A stretch of 39,358 nucleotides of DNA from Octopus bimaculoides (taxonomy: Eukaryota), in the NCBI RefSeq assembly GCF_001194135.2, contig NC_068986.1:56898775-56938132 (forward strand), read 5' to 3'. The translations under genes were made by a program, and so were the position numbers. The notes under the pieces were generated by a model. It saw only the letters and a list, made by a program, of their open reading frames with translations, had not been told where the DNA came from and did not search any database. Shown here one piece after another: positions 12,788-24,600 of the stretch (position 1 is its first letter; every line of letters begins with the position of its first letter).

Positions 12788-13510
12788 TCTTGCTGGTGAG
12801 GAAAGTTACTAGAAATCCTGTAGAACTAACATTAACACCTGTCGAAAGATGGACATAGTGTAAGTTCAACGACTATCTATGAATAGAACAAGACCTCAAA
12901 ATTATCGGGTTGGTGTCCGGCTTGCTGAATGACTGCCGGGGTTCAGACAGCTCTCAGCTTTTGTGAAAGCAAGTCTTTAGGAGTAGGTCATTCTAATATA
13001 AAACAGGATATGCAAGGAACGGCATTGGACACTTTGGGGATCTTTTGCTTGCCGTGAGATCAAATCGCTCCTTCATTCCTGAGCATATTCACACAAAATC
13101 TCCTGCCTTGGGTTGTCTCTGGATCATATGAATATGGTGGTGAGGGTCTGTGAGGTGTTGTGCGATTGCAAGCGAGGTTACTTTCCGATGCCCGCTCGAT
13201 TAAGAGGTCACTGCTACGAGAACAGAAGCCGCGCGCGCGAGACCCACGGTTGGATTCAACCGTGGGTGCAAAAACGTTATGCATAGGCATTGCTGGCATT
13301 TTGCATGGGCAATGGTCAGTGGTGATCTTCCTCGGTCACGAGTGGACAATCATCGTGTATGTATGTATGTGTAAGAGTGTATATGTATGCATATGTGTGT
13401 GTATGTGTATGAATGTGTGAAGTAGGTGAAAACAGTGGATTATTTGAACTGCACGTCGTAAGAATAGAAATGGGAATAAAATCAACAAAAATACAACTGG
13501 CAATGACTGA

Positions 13511-13523
13511 TATGATGATGATA

Positions 13524-13585
<62 letters not shown>

Positions 13586-13587
13586 AA
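13511..13587. repeat. (ATG)n trinucleotide microsatellite
   Basis: Direct inspection; produces the poly-M and poly-I ORFs. Confidence 0.97.
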
Positions 13588-14220
13588 TGGAAAGTAACAT
13601 CATCTTTCTGAAGTAGATTATAACTTATTCCCTCCATTGGTTTCAAATTCTTACGTCAGGTTTTTCAGTTGTCACATTCCATCTTGGAGCTTGTACAATT
13701 TATCAACGTCCGTATCATCAAGAAAATCATCATCACCATCATTATCATTCATCTACACCATCACCTCCTCCTCCTCCTCATCGTTGTCGGGGCTGTGGCA
13801 TTTATCCTCACCATCATCTTCATCGCCACCATCGCTGTCTCAATTAGAAGCATTAATGTTCGTGTTTCTGTTGTAGCTTCTACTATAATGTCGTCGTTAT
13901 TGTTGTAGATGTCGTTCTTGTTCTTGATCACTGGATGTAATGAAGCAGATGTCAGCTGTTTATCAAAAAAGAATGCATACTTTGCTTTTGTGATGTACTT
14001 CATCTTCAACAACAGAAAAGAAGGCCTGTCAAAATTACACACACACGATTACACGCACACACACACACACAGTCACACACATACACAGACCCATATATAT
14101 CTGTATATATAATGCTTGAATAGATGTATTATATACATGCACACAGAATACAAAGCCATACAAATGCAACAATTACATATGCCCCCCCTCTCTCTCCCTC
14201 TCTCTATCTATAAGTATATC

Positions 14221-14221
14221 A

Positions 14222-14302
<81 letters not shown>

Positions 14303-14470
14303 AAGGTACCATATCTACCTTTACCTCTTTCTTTCTGCCTCTGTCTCCATCTCTAAATGTAAATACATATATGCTTGTGTTTCCATGCGCGTGTGTTTGC
14401 ATGTGTGTGTATATGGGTGTGTATGTGTGTGTGTGTGTGTGTGTGCGTGTGTGCGCGCGGGTGTGTGTGT
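14221..14470. repeat. Compound (TA)n/(TG)n microsatellites
   Basis: Direct inspection. Confidence 0.95.
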
Positions 14471-14890
14471 TTATTAGTTCCCTAATGTCTTAGCCTATTA
14501 ACGTTTGTTAGTGTGGGCCGAATAGAAAAAATGGCAGTGATTTCTCACAAAACATTCCAAGGGAATGTATATAAGCTAAACGAATGGCGAGCATAAGAAT
14601 AAATGTAGAAAACAGCGAAAGATTACATCAATCAAAATAAATAAACACATAATTCAATAAACAAATAAATAAATTATATCAATTAGAATACATGCGAAAA
14701 CGAAAACAACCACAAATATATCAATAGTTAACGGGAAAATATAAATCTCCGACAGATATCAGAATAGAAACGCACACACATGATGGAGGTGACCTACAAA
14801 ATAACACTGGAATGAAATGAAATAATCCTGTATTTTTAGTATTTACAATGATGAATTACAATTTGTAAGCAAAACTGAATACTTTTTTTT

Positions 14891-15066
14891 ACTCTTTTAC
14901 TTGTTTCCGTCTTTTGACTGTAGCCATGCTGGAGCACCGCCTTTAGTCGAACAAATCAACCCCAGGACTTATTCTTTAGAAGTTACGGGGACATAAACAC
15001 ACCAGCATCGGTTGTCAAGTGATGTTGGGGGGACAAACACAGACATACAAACACATACACACATAC
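14891..15066 (-). mobile_element. SINE family B, 3' half with an internal deletion, running into an N gap
   Basis: ctcttttacttgtttc...ccatgctggagcaccgcc...gttacggggacataaacacaccagc is the reverse complement of the family B tail; the segment ttcggcaaaagagac...taggc seen at 28000-28030 is missing. Confidence 0.85.
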
Positions 15067-15632
15067 NNNNNNNNNNNNNNNNNNNNNNNNNNNNNNNNNN
15101 NNNNNNNNNNNNNNNNNNNNNNNNNNNNNNNNNNNNNNNNNNNNNNNNNNNNNNNNNNNNNNNNNNNNNNNNNNNNNNNNNNNNNNNNNNNNNNNNNNNN
15201 NNNNNNNNNNNNNNNNNNNNNNNNNNNNNNNNNNNNNNNNNNNNNNNNNNNNNNNNNNNNNNNNNNNNNNNNNNNNNNNNNNNNNNNNNNNNNNNNNNNN
15301 NNNNNNNNNNNNNNNNNNNNNNNNNNNNNNNNNNNNNNNNNNNNNNNNNNNNNNNNNNNNNNNNNNNNNNNNNNNNNNNNNNNNNNNNNNNNNNNNNNNN
15401 NNNNNNNNNNNNNNNNNNNNNNNNNNNNNNNNNNNNNNNNNNNNNNNNNNNNNNNNNNNNNNNNNNNNNNNNNNNNNNNNNNNNNNNNNNNNNNNNNNNN
15501 NNNNNNNNNNNNNNNNNNNNNNNNNNNNNNNNNNNNNNNNNNNNNNNNNNNNNNNNNNNNNNNNNNNNNNNNNNNNNNNNNNNNNNNNNNNNNNNNNNNN
15601 NNNNNNNNNNNNNNNNNNNNNNNNNNNNNNNN
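15067..15632. other. Assembly gap (N)
   Basis: N run flanked by (CA/TA)n. Other gaps: 22029-22169, 27804-27883, 32124-32133, 33533-33542, 35514-35523, 37891-38568. Confidence 1.
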
Positions 15633-15940
15633 TATATATATACATATGCATGCATACACACACATACATATATATACATGCTTATAAGAATAGTTGTATT
15701 CATGTATATATATATATATTAGAATCATAAGAGTAAAAGATTACAAACACACATCTATCAGTTTCACGTTTGATTAAATATATATGAAATATGTACTGGA
15801 CAAAAGCTTTGGTGTGACTTCGTGCAGTTGACACTTGACCTTAACACACGGACGTAGAGAAAAACAAACCGAAACTCTATCTCACACGTGGCCAATTTGA
15901 ACCCAAATCAACCTGTATGTTAAGTAATTGCAATCTGAAC

Positions 15941-16670
15941 CAGCAGTGATGAAGAATAAACGAACTTTAGGTTAGTTAAAATATGTTTGTGGTATATCTT
16001 ATCTTCTAAAGGTAAATTCACTGCCCTTACTGTGGAGAAAATGTATCTTTTATGGTAAAAGGTCTTAGACACGCTTTTCTGGCTCTTTAACCTTCCTTAA
16101 TGGGAAATACCGAAGAGAAATAACTCCGAGCAGATTCAGAGTCGTAGTTTTATCTAAAAACAACAAACATCAATGATCGAGTTGCACTAGTGGACCGTCT
16201 GGTCGGAATGAAAATAACAGCGTCAGCGTTAAGCAATGTTGAAGAATATCCGAGGTTGTTTGTGACACATGTTTGCTTCTAAAGGCAAATTCACTACAGT
16301 TACCATGGAGAAAAGTTTTTTCTCTTACGATAAAAGGCATAAAAGCACCATATCTAACGGATTCTGAGACGCGCATTTCTTGCTCTTAAGCCTTCTTCAA
16401 TAGAAAATACTGGAAAGAGATAACCCTGGATAGATTCAAAGCTGTAGTTTTTATCTAAAGACAATTAACATCAGTGAATGAGTTGTGCTCTTGGATCGGC
16501 TGGTCACAATAAAAGTAGCAGCATCAGTGCCAAGCAGTGATGAAAAATAAACGAATTTTAGGTTAGCTAAAATATGTGACATATTTTAACTTCTAAAGAC
16601 AAATTCATTGTAGTAATCGCGGAGAAATAGTCTCTCGTTTGTTAAAAAGTGTCAAAATACCGTATCTGCT
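15941..16670. repeat. Degenerate tandem repeat, unit about 290-300 bp, about 2.4 copies
   Basis: Unit starts cagcagtgatgaagaataaacg (15941), aagcaatgttgaagaatatccg (16231) and aagcagtgatgaaaaataaacg (16532). cttctaaaggyaaattcact and gtagttttatctaaa recur in register. Confidence 0.9.
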
Positions 16671-17409
16671 ATAAATAGCACGAATAAAAGTTTTGAAAAT
16701 TTGAAACATATAATCTCAACTATAGTATTTGAGGTTCAAACCATGCTGAGAATGGAAAATGCAAGCAAGTTAAGATTTTTAGCAAACATCTATGTAAAAT
16801 CTATGTAAATGTAAAATCGTACGAGATTCATTCATTGAAAGATACATACGAAAAGATAATGAGCACTAATGGCGATACTAATTCAGATGCCGAACATTTC
16901 AGTTAAATTCCTAATTTCATGATCAGTAAGGATATCTGCTCTATATATTCTAGCATCTACATTGTATCACTTTCTTCTTATCTTACCAACAACTGCCGCA
17001 GTTGTTAACGATTTTTTAGATGGTTTTGTTTTCGATTGAAAAGGAGTTGGCTACTGAAGAGTAATATAATAATAGATAACTAAACGAAAATAAGTCTGGA
17101 CAAAACAGTTTTCCGTGTTTGCTACACAGCATAAATAATTTTATGGTGCCTTAAATTTTTTCGAAATTGGTGTGAATGTATTACTTGAATAGCTACAATT
17201 AAAGCCTAAAGGCAGAAATTTGAGAAACGAAGCTACATTTCAACAAATACTTCACTGTAATATTATTTCATTATTTTGATTTTAAAAGCAAAGGATAAAT
17301 GTGGAATGAATTATAATTTACATGGTAGATGTCCTGCTATAAGTTTTTCATGCTCTTGCAACAGTCATCTTTAGAATGGCCCTACGTCCTCTAATATATA
17401 AATATATAT

Positions 17410-17788
17410 TTCTTATCTTTTACTTGCTTCAATCATTAGACTGCAGCCACACTAGTGTTCAACCTTGAATTTTTTTAATCGAATGAATCGACCTCAGTAT
17501 TTAATTTTTAAAGCCTAGTACTTATGCTATCGGACACTTGCCAAACCGCTAAGTTCCGGGGAAATAAACACACCAGCACCGGTTGTCAAGCGGTGATGGG
17601 CGACAAACACACACACACACACAAACACACACACGCACACATAACACAGGCTTCTTTCAGTTTCTATCTACCTAATCCACTCAGAGGGATTTAGTTGGCC
17701 CGGGGATATAGTACACTTGCCCTAGGTGCCATGTAGTGCGACCGAACCTGTAACCATGTGGTTGGGGAGCAAGTTTCTTATTACACAC
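17410..17788 (-). mobile_element. SINE family B, nearly full length, internal (CA)n
   Basis: Reverse complement has head, CORE-like ctagggcaagtg, internal TG tract and 3' tail aagcaagtaaaagataag, colinear with 27616-28124. Confidence 0.85.
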
Positions 17789-19079
17789 ACACATACACAT
17801 GCACATACACGTGCGCAGACGCACGCACCCACATACACACGCACGCACACACACACACACACACACACAGACACACACACACACACACACACATAGATAC
17901 ATATCTTCCTACAGTAGTATTGAAGATGTCCATGATCAATACACATACATACACGCATACACACATATATGTATGTATATATGTATATATCTGAGTGTTT
18001 ATATATACGCATCTATCAATATATATATATATATATATACATTTATATATGTATTCAAACATATATATATACATACAAACATATGTGCGTTGGTTTTGTG
18101 TGTGTTAGTGTGTGTTTTACTGTAATTTGTCTTACACGTGTTTTTTTATCTGTGAGTCGCTACTGTTATGTAAATCTTTGAATGTGTATAACTACACAAC
18201 AATAACTATTTCAACATAAACATTTTCTAACAGAAATTTTGAAGTATGGCCTCTTCAAAAATCCTAGACTACGTGTTGAAACATTTCAGCTTTGTGTGAG
18301 CGGCAATCTACAAATTAGACAAAGAAAAAAGCATATTTCCAAGGTCACAGGTGCTAGCGTCATGCATAGAAAAAAAACCTCGAAAGCTATTTGAAAATAA
18401 TTGTTTAAGAAGACTGACAAATTCTTGTGATTCCACAGTCAGGTTAGAAGCATTTCAGCCGTCAGTTAATTTGATCTTGAATATCATAACTATCATTTTA
18501 AAATCGTTTCACACTTCATTTATCTTATTTCTTTATTTACATATTTATTAGTTGGAAATGGTTTCATTCTTGTCTTTTTTCTTTTAATTTAACTTTTCTT
18601 ATTTCTGCGATATTTGCCTGACATCTGTTCCTAACTTCAAAGTTATAGCTTCGTTATTACATAGAAAACATATTTGCTTTTGAGAATTGCGTTTCTCTTT
18701 TTACCCTCAGAGATGAAGGGTATTTAATCAGTACTGTTCTTCATCACAGAATATCTTCATTTTTCTGTTTCTTGGGTACAAGAAAACAAAATCAGCTCAA
18801 ATCTGTTTTCGCAAATGAGAGAAAATATATAACTGGAATGAATCGACAAATAAATTAAAAATCTGCCTTAGTTCTTACCAATTGCCCCAAAATTCTAACT
18901 CTGGGGACTTGACACAACTGGTAAATGCTGAAGGAGGAAGTATGACATACAAAACTAGTTACCAGTGAGTAGGAAGATCAGCCTTCTCTCAATATATGTA
19001 TATTATTTTATTCGTATGGGATTATCATTGTAAGATGATTTTAACGTGTTAGAATAATCAATATGTAACTCCGTTTTAA

Positions 19080-19296
19080 GGCAGTGAGCTGGGAGAATCG
19101 TTATCGCGCCGGGCATAATGCTTAGCGGCATCTCATCCGTCCTTACGTTCTGAGTTCAAATTCCGCCGAGGTCGACTTTGCCTTTCATCCTTCATAGATC
19201 GATAAAATAAATGCCAGTTGAACACTAGAGTCGATGTAATTGACTTACCCCATCGCCCGAAATTGCTGTCCTTGTGCCAAAATCAGAAATCAATAT
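19080..19296 (+). mobile_element. SINE family A with perfect 22-bp flanking direct repeat
   Basis: ggcagtgagctgggagaatcgtta...gagttcaaattccgccgaggtcgactttgcc; aatcaatatgtaactccgtttt at 19056-19077 and 19288-19309. Confidence 0.92.
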
Positions 19297-20104
19297 GTAA
19301 CTCCGTTTTGATTCGCTTCTATTCTCCTTCAACCGACATATGTTTCCATAAGTCTATTACAATGCAACTTTCTGCATCTCAAGAGGAAGATGCAGAAACT
19401 GAAAACCTTCTGTTATTAAAATCAAGTGATTTTTTCTAAGCGTTGTCGTATAACAAATGACTTTGATATGATATGGTTTCAATGCATTTCTTGCGAAGAA
19501 GAAATAAAATGAAGAACGGGAAGAAAAAAATCTATTTCATACAATTAACTCTGGCCAGATCGAGGCCATGGCATGATATCGATTTAATGCTGGAACCATG
19601 TCACTTCCTGAGATCTCATTCAGTTTCTCTTAGAAAACTGATGTCTTGTTCTTTTGAATGAAAGTAATATTCTATAATTTGGCAAAGCTTGACAGTTATA
19701 TACATTTTAGTAAATATAATCTACATTTCACTTAAAACAGAAATAATAAACATGCACTACCACATATAAATATAATAATTTACGAAGCTTCCTGCAAATT
19801 CGATCTCTAGAAACGCTACAAAACTAAGAAAAAAGCAAACATTGGCTTATGGATCAGAATTCAAGAAAAGCAACGGTAGTTAGTTCGGAACTCTGTTTCC
19901 CTCCAATCAGAACTATAATCATATTTTAATACGTTGCATAAATATAAAAGCTGCTGATACAAAAATGTTTGAACTAGTTCGTGTCAACTAAACAGGGCAA
20001 TATTAAAAGACAACATTCCAGCCCTTTAGCAAAACCGCTGGAGGTACGGTTCATAAAAAACTTTAATTAAAACAAACCAGCGAAGGTGTCGCTATATAGC
20101 TATT

Positions 20105-20199
20105 TGACATGCTACAGATACCAGCCAATCTCTTTCAAATCATACCCTACTGCATAGGAAAGAAAGGACACAAAGGATAATGTAATCCTAAATATACTG
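20105..20199 (-). repeat. Dispersed repeat family C, best-preserved copy in the window
   Basis: Reverse complement cagtatatttaggattacattatcc...gatttgaaagagattggctggtatctgtagca aligns with 30025-30115. Confidence 0.6.
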
Positions 20200-20619
20200 C
20201 AGCAAAATTCGCATTGTTAAGTCTTGAATACTTCTCATCATAGGTCAGCTAAATGAATGTTAATTGAGGAATAACACACAACACTAACATGAGTATTCTT
20301 AAGTAGAAAATCAAAAATAATAAAGTTAAGACAGTATGACTCTCCCCGGACACAACATCATAAAGTTGATGTTAATCAAATACTATGCATTCTAGCAGTA
20401 AGAATTATCCTGTTAAGGGATCTAAATGACATACTCCATCAATTCTCTATCTTGTCCAGTTTGTACATATTTATTGCTACCCGTTCCGTTTCTCTTCATC
20501 TCCCTCATTCCACCACTGGTTACGTCTTTCACTCCCATACAAGGTTTAATTCACTTTCTCGGTCTATTTCTTCTTTCAGTCATAGACACACAGAAACACA
20601 CACGAACGGGCATACATAC

Positions 20620-20656
20620 ACACGTGCGCGCACACACACGCACACACACACGCACG

Positions 20657-20722
<66 letters not shown>

Positions 20723-20725
20723 CAC
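20620..20725. repeat. (CA)n microsatellite
   Basis: Direct inspection. Similar tracts at 1825-1867, 17840-17893, 25420-25730 and 33715-33774. Confidence 0.97.
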
Positions 20726-20904
20726 ATTTGTGTGTGTGTGTATGTGCAATCAACTATGCCTTTTATCCTTTCGAGCTCGATGAAATGAAGTCCCAGTCAA
20801 TACCGAGGTCGACGAGTCTTGCTTACTAAACAAAAATATTTTCAAATTTTTAAAGAAACATGCCTGCGCGCTCACTCATGCTTGTATCTGTAGCAATATA
20901 TCAA

Positions 20905-21120
20905 GGCGGCGAGCTGGGAGAAACGTTAGAACGCCGGGCGAAATGCTTAGTGGTGTTTCGTCTGTCTTTACGTTCTGAGTTCAAATTCCGCCGAGCTCGA
21001 CTTTGCCTTTCATCCTTTCGGGATCTATAAATTAAGCACCAGTTGCGTACTGGGGTCAATCTAATCGACACCCCACCCTGCCAAAAAATTTCGAGCCTTG
21101 TACTTAGAGTAGAAAAGAAT
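20905..21120 (+). mobile_element. SINE family A, full length
   Basis: ggcggcgagctgggagaaacgttag...gttctgagttcaaattccgccgag...gagtagaaaagaat; Pol III A-box-like and B-box-like segments present. Confidence 0.92.
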
Positions 21121-21460
21121 ATATGAGGATTTATAGAAAAGTTTCTGGCTTTGGATAAAAGCAAAAAACAGGAGGATCAATTAAGTTGGATTGTATTCCA
21201 CATATTCCCCTCTCAGATTCACACACTTATTGCAGCAGCACTTCAGTTTTCTTAGCCCTTTAAAAGAACTCTGAAGTTTGGGCCTCCAGCCAGGTCTTTT
21301 GCGATACCTTTAAAGGCAGGAAATTTTCAACAACCCCTCGTAGTTTGACAGGCATGTCTGCAAATATATATGTATGTTTATACACACACACACACGTACA
21401 CACACATTACTTTTGCGATGTGAATGCACACAGAAGCTTGTTTATACATATTTATTTATT

Positions 21461-21497
<37 letters not shown>

Positions 21498-22169
21498 ATA
21501 AGAGACCAAAGTGTACGTAAGTCGCCATATGTATATAAAAAGGAATACAAAAAGTAGGACAAGAATGCAAAACATCCAGACAGATTCTTCTCTCTCGCGA
21601 CATGGCCGGTATTCGGCCAAGCCTGACCTTTTTTTCTTGGTTCGACTACCATCAGTGCAACATCTGTATTTCTTCCCATGCCTGTCAGCTCCTATGTCTC
21701 TGCTATAAAACTTCACTTTCAAACACGTCAGCTTAATTTAATTCATCCTTAGTCGAAAGACACCTGTTATTTGTATTTGTATTTGTGTAACATTTCTCCG
21801 TTTTTTTCCGTCCCTGCTTTCGTATACATTCGCAGCTTTCTTCCAAGGAATCTAATGCTCTTGGCTTAGTTTTTCCTTGGGGCTGGCCAGATTGGAGCAA
21901 TCTCGAATATAACCAGCCGAAATTGCACAGATAATCTGGAATTCGACTGAGGAAAGAAAACTTCGAATGACCCGTCCGTATCTTTTCTTGTCCCTCCTTT
22001 GTATCATCTGTCTGGATATTTTGCGTTCNNNNNNNNNNNNNNNNNNNNNNNNNNNNNNNNNNNNNNNNNNNNNNNNNNNNNNNNNNNNNNNNNNNNNNNN
22101 NNNNNNNNNNNNNNNNNNNNNNNNNNNNNNNNNNNNNNNNNNNNNNNNNNNNNNNNNNNNNNNNNNNNN

Positions 22170-22224
<55 letters not shown>

Positions 22225-22226
<2 letters not shown>

Positions 22227-22385
22227 GTATATAGTAAATCCTCCAAACGAAGACCAAGCACAAAAAGACAACAGCGTGAATATGTGGTACATGTAGAGTA
22301 TTAGCAGACGCTCAGGGAAAGAAAGAAAGATGGTTTAACGTCTCGAGCAGAGCTCTTCTTTAGAAACAGAGGGAAGTCCAATAGG
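22225..22385 (-). mobile_element. Probable Penelope-type terminal-repeat remnant with a degenerate minimal hammerhead
   Basis: Reverse complement of 22333-22368 is ctgtttCTAAAGAagagctctgctcGAGAcgttaaac, matching the layout of PLE minimal hammerheads (CTGAYGA-agagc-loop-gctc-GAAAcg). Confidence 0.5.
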
Positions 22386-22390
22386 ATGAC

Positions 22391-22644
22391 GGAGGAGGTG
22401 TATGTGTATGTCAAGAAGTTTGTTTCCCAAGCAAATGGTCTGGGTTTAGTCCCACTCCTGAGCAAATGTTATCAAGAGTTATCAACTTGTGACTGGATTT
22501 GGTATAAGAAATCTGAGTGTGTGTGTGTGTTTCTATACATGTTTGTGTGAGTGTGTGTCTTTGTGTCAGTGTTTGTCTTCCACAACCGCTTGACGACTAG
22601 CATTGCTGTGTGTACGCTCCTGTAACTTAACGGTTAGGCAAAAA
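22391..22644 (+). mobile_element. SINE family B, degenerate and 3'-truncated at the LINE junction
   Basis: Head aagaagtttgtttcccaa...gggtttagtcccact, internal TG tract, then gtaacttaacggttaggcaaaa; the sequence then switches abruptly to antisense LINE RT. Confidence 0.75.
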
Positions 22645-24600
22645 TTGTGACAGCACAACAGCAAAGCATATTGCAAAGAGGCTGGGTGCATCAAAGTTTC
22701 CTTGCTTTACACCATTTTCCACTGCAACAGATTCAGAGATCCTGCCTCCAAAATTAACTTTAGCTTTCATATCTTGATGCAAATCCCTGATCATGTTTAC
22801 AAATTTTTCTGGGCAACCTATTTTCCTTATAATTAGCCATAGATCATTTCGATTAACAGTATCTAATGCCTTGCTTAAATCAACAAAGCAATGGTATAGG
22901 ACAAGATTATGTTCAATGCACATTTCCTGAATTTGTCTGATACTAAAGATACAATCAACTGTTCACCTGGAGGAGCGGAAACCACATTGAGGCTCAGACA
23001 CTATATTTGGAACTATGAAGGTATTTAAACGTTCTAACAGAATGCAGGCAAGTACCTTTCCAACTACAAACAAAAGTGAAATCCCACGAAAACTACCACA
23101 CAGATCCTTAGGCCCCAATTTACACATGAAGACTAAAATGGCATCAATCCAGCCTTGAGGCACTTGTATAGTTCTCCAGCAGTGACAAATTAATATATTG
23201 AAGAGCTCAAACAGTTTGTCACCCCCGTTTTCAAGACCTCTGCACAGTTTCCAACAGACCCTGGAGACTTATTGTAATTCAGCTTATTCACAGCTCAATA
23301 AATGTCATTTAGAGTTGGTTCGAATGCCATCTCCTCTATCACTGGAAGATGTTCGAGTTTTTTCCATTATCCTCATGTCAACGGATGATGGTCTATCCAA
23401 AAGTGCAGAAAAATGTTCTACCCAGCGTTTGTGAATTGAAGTGTAGCCTGTAAAAAGTAAATGTCCATTGTTGTTCTCATTGGAGAAGATTTGGGGCCAT
23501 ATACCTCCTTAATATAAGAGTAAAAACCCCTTGGCATCATTTCTATCAGGTGCTTCTTGCGCCCCTTTTACTCTGTCATTCTCTCATTCCTGTTTAATTT
23601 TCCTTACTCTTTCAGCTTTCTGTAAGCTTCGTAAGGACTGAGAAAGAAGTGCATTGCCTAAGTTTTGTTTTTCTAAAAGTAGGTCGTGAATTTCTGGTGA
23701 TTTGTCTGAAAACCAGTCACTGGATTTACGCGATTTAAATTCAACTAAAGAACTTGCAGCCTGAAATACTTTTGTTTTGAAATATTCCCAGAGATTTTTT
23801 GCATCAAGATTGATACTTTCTGTAGGATCGTGGAATCTTTGCAAATTGCTTCGTAATTTGAAGTTTGCAACATTTAACATTTTCGGTACCTTAGGACCAG
23901 ACTTTTGACATTTAAGCATTATCAAAAATTCATTTTTCCAAGCACTAGACGATGGTGAGTCCAGTTCTCTGCTCCTCTCATGGCCCGAACACAAGAAACA
24001 TCTTTCATATCACGCTTTCTAATGAAAATATAATCAATGAGATGCCAGTCCTTAGATCTTGGGTGCATCCAGGTGGTTGTATATTTATTTTTCTGCTTAA
24101 ACACAGTGTTTGTAACAACTAGATTATTCTCAGTACAAAACGTCAAAAGAGCTACTCCATTTTTATTACATTTGTTTCCAATCCCATGTCGGCCTAAAAT
24201 AGGCCATGAAATGTTGTCATTATCAACTCCTGTGTTGAAATCTCCCAATATGACCAGCTTGTCAGAAATTGGTACTTTCCTCAATAATTGTACTAGATCA
24301 TCATAAAACTGTCCAAAAGTCTCATCAGAATGAAACATTCTTGGTGCATAAATATTGGTGCATAAACCCAACACCACATTCTCTACGCTGATAGGCCTCT
24401 CCAGAAGATAGTATATATCCATAAGTAGGTTCATTTATTCAACCCTCACCAGAGAGACGAGTTTCAGAGAGCGCAACTATGTCAAGGGAATATTTTTTAA
24501 GTTCACATGCAATAAGTGCAGTACGCCTTTCCGCGTCTTGTTAAAATTATCATCTAAAAGTGTGCGCACATTCCAACAGCCAAAATTCAGAGTTTCTTTT
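22645..24600 (-). mobile_element. RTE-clade (RTE/BovB-like) LINE fossil: AP endonuclease plus N-terminal half of RT
   Basis: LNFGCWNVRTLL (from about 24590); YAP..LGDFN..GRHGIG..NKNGVALLTFC..TWMHPRSKDWHLIDY (ORF 23922-24434); RGISLL..GKVLA..QCGFR (22963-23163); FVDLSKALDTVNR..GVKQG (22627-22923). Frameshifts and stops; no YADD region. Confidence 0.93.

Noticed and set aside
13316-13616. Poly-I and poly-M ORFs, plus all HT/CV/YI/LS-repeat ORFs across the window
   Set aside because: They are translations of (ATG)n, (CA)n, (TA)n, (CT)n and (ATCT)n microsatellites, not genes.
14969-15728. Long ORFs of 220-320 aa spanning N runs (also 21733-22304, 27605-28228, 37722-38697)
   Set aside because: Their length comes from X residues across assembly gaps.
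19369-19398. 11-bp stem hairpin tttctgcatct/agatgcagaaa (also 10508-10539 and 6416-6448)
   Set aside because: Short stems like these are expected occasionally in 39 kb of AT-rich DNA; no supporting context.
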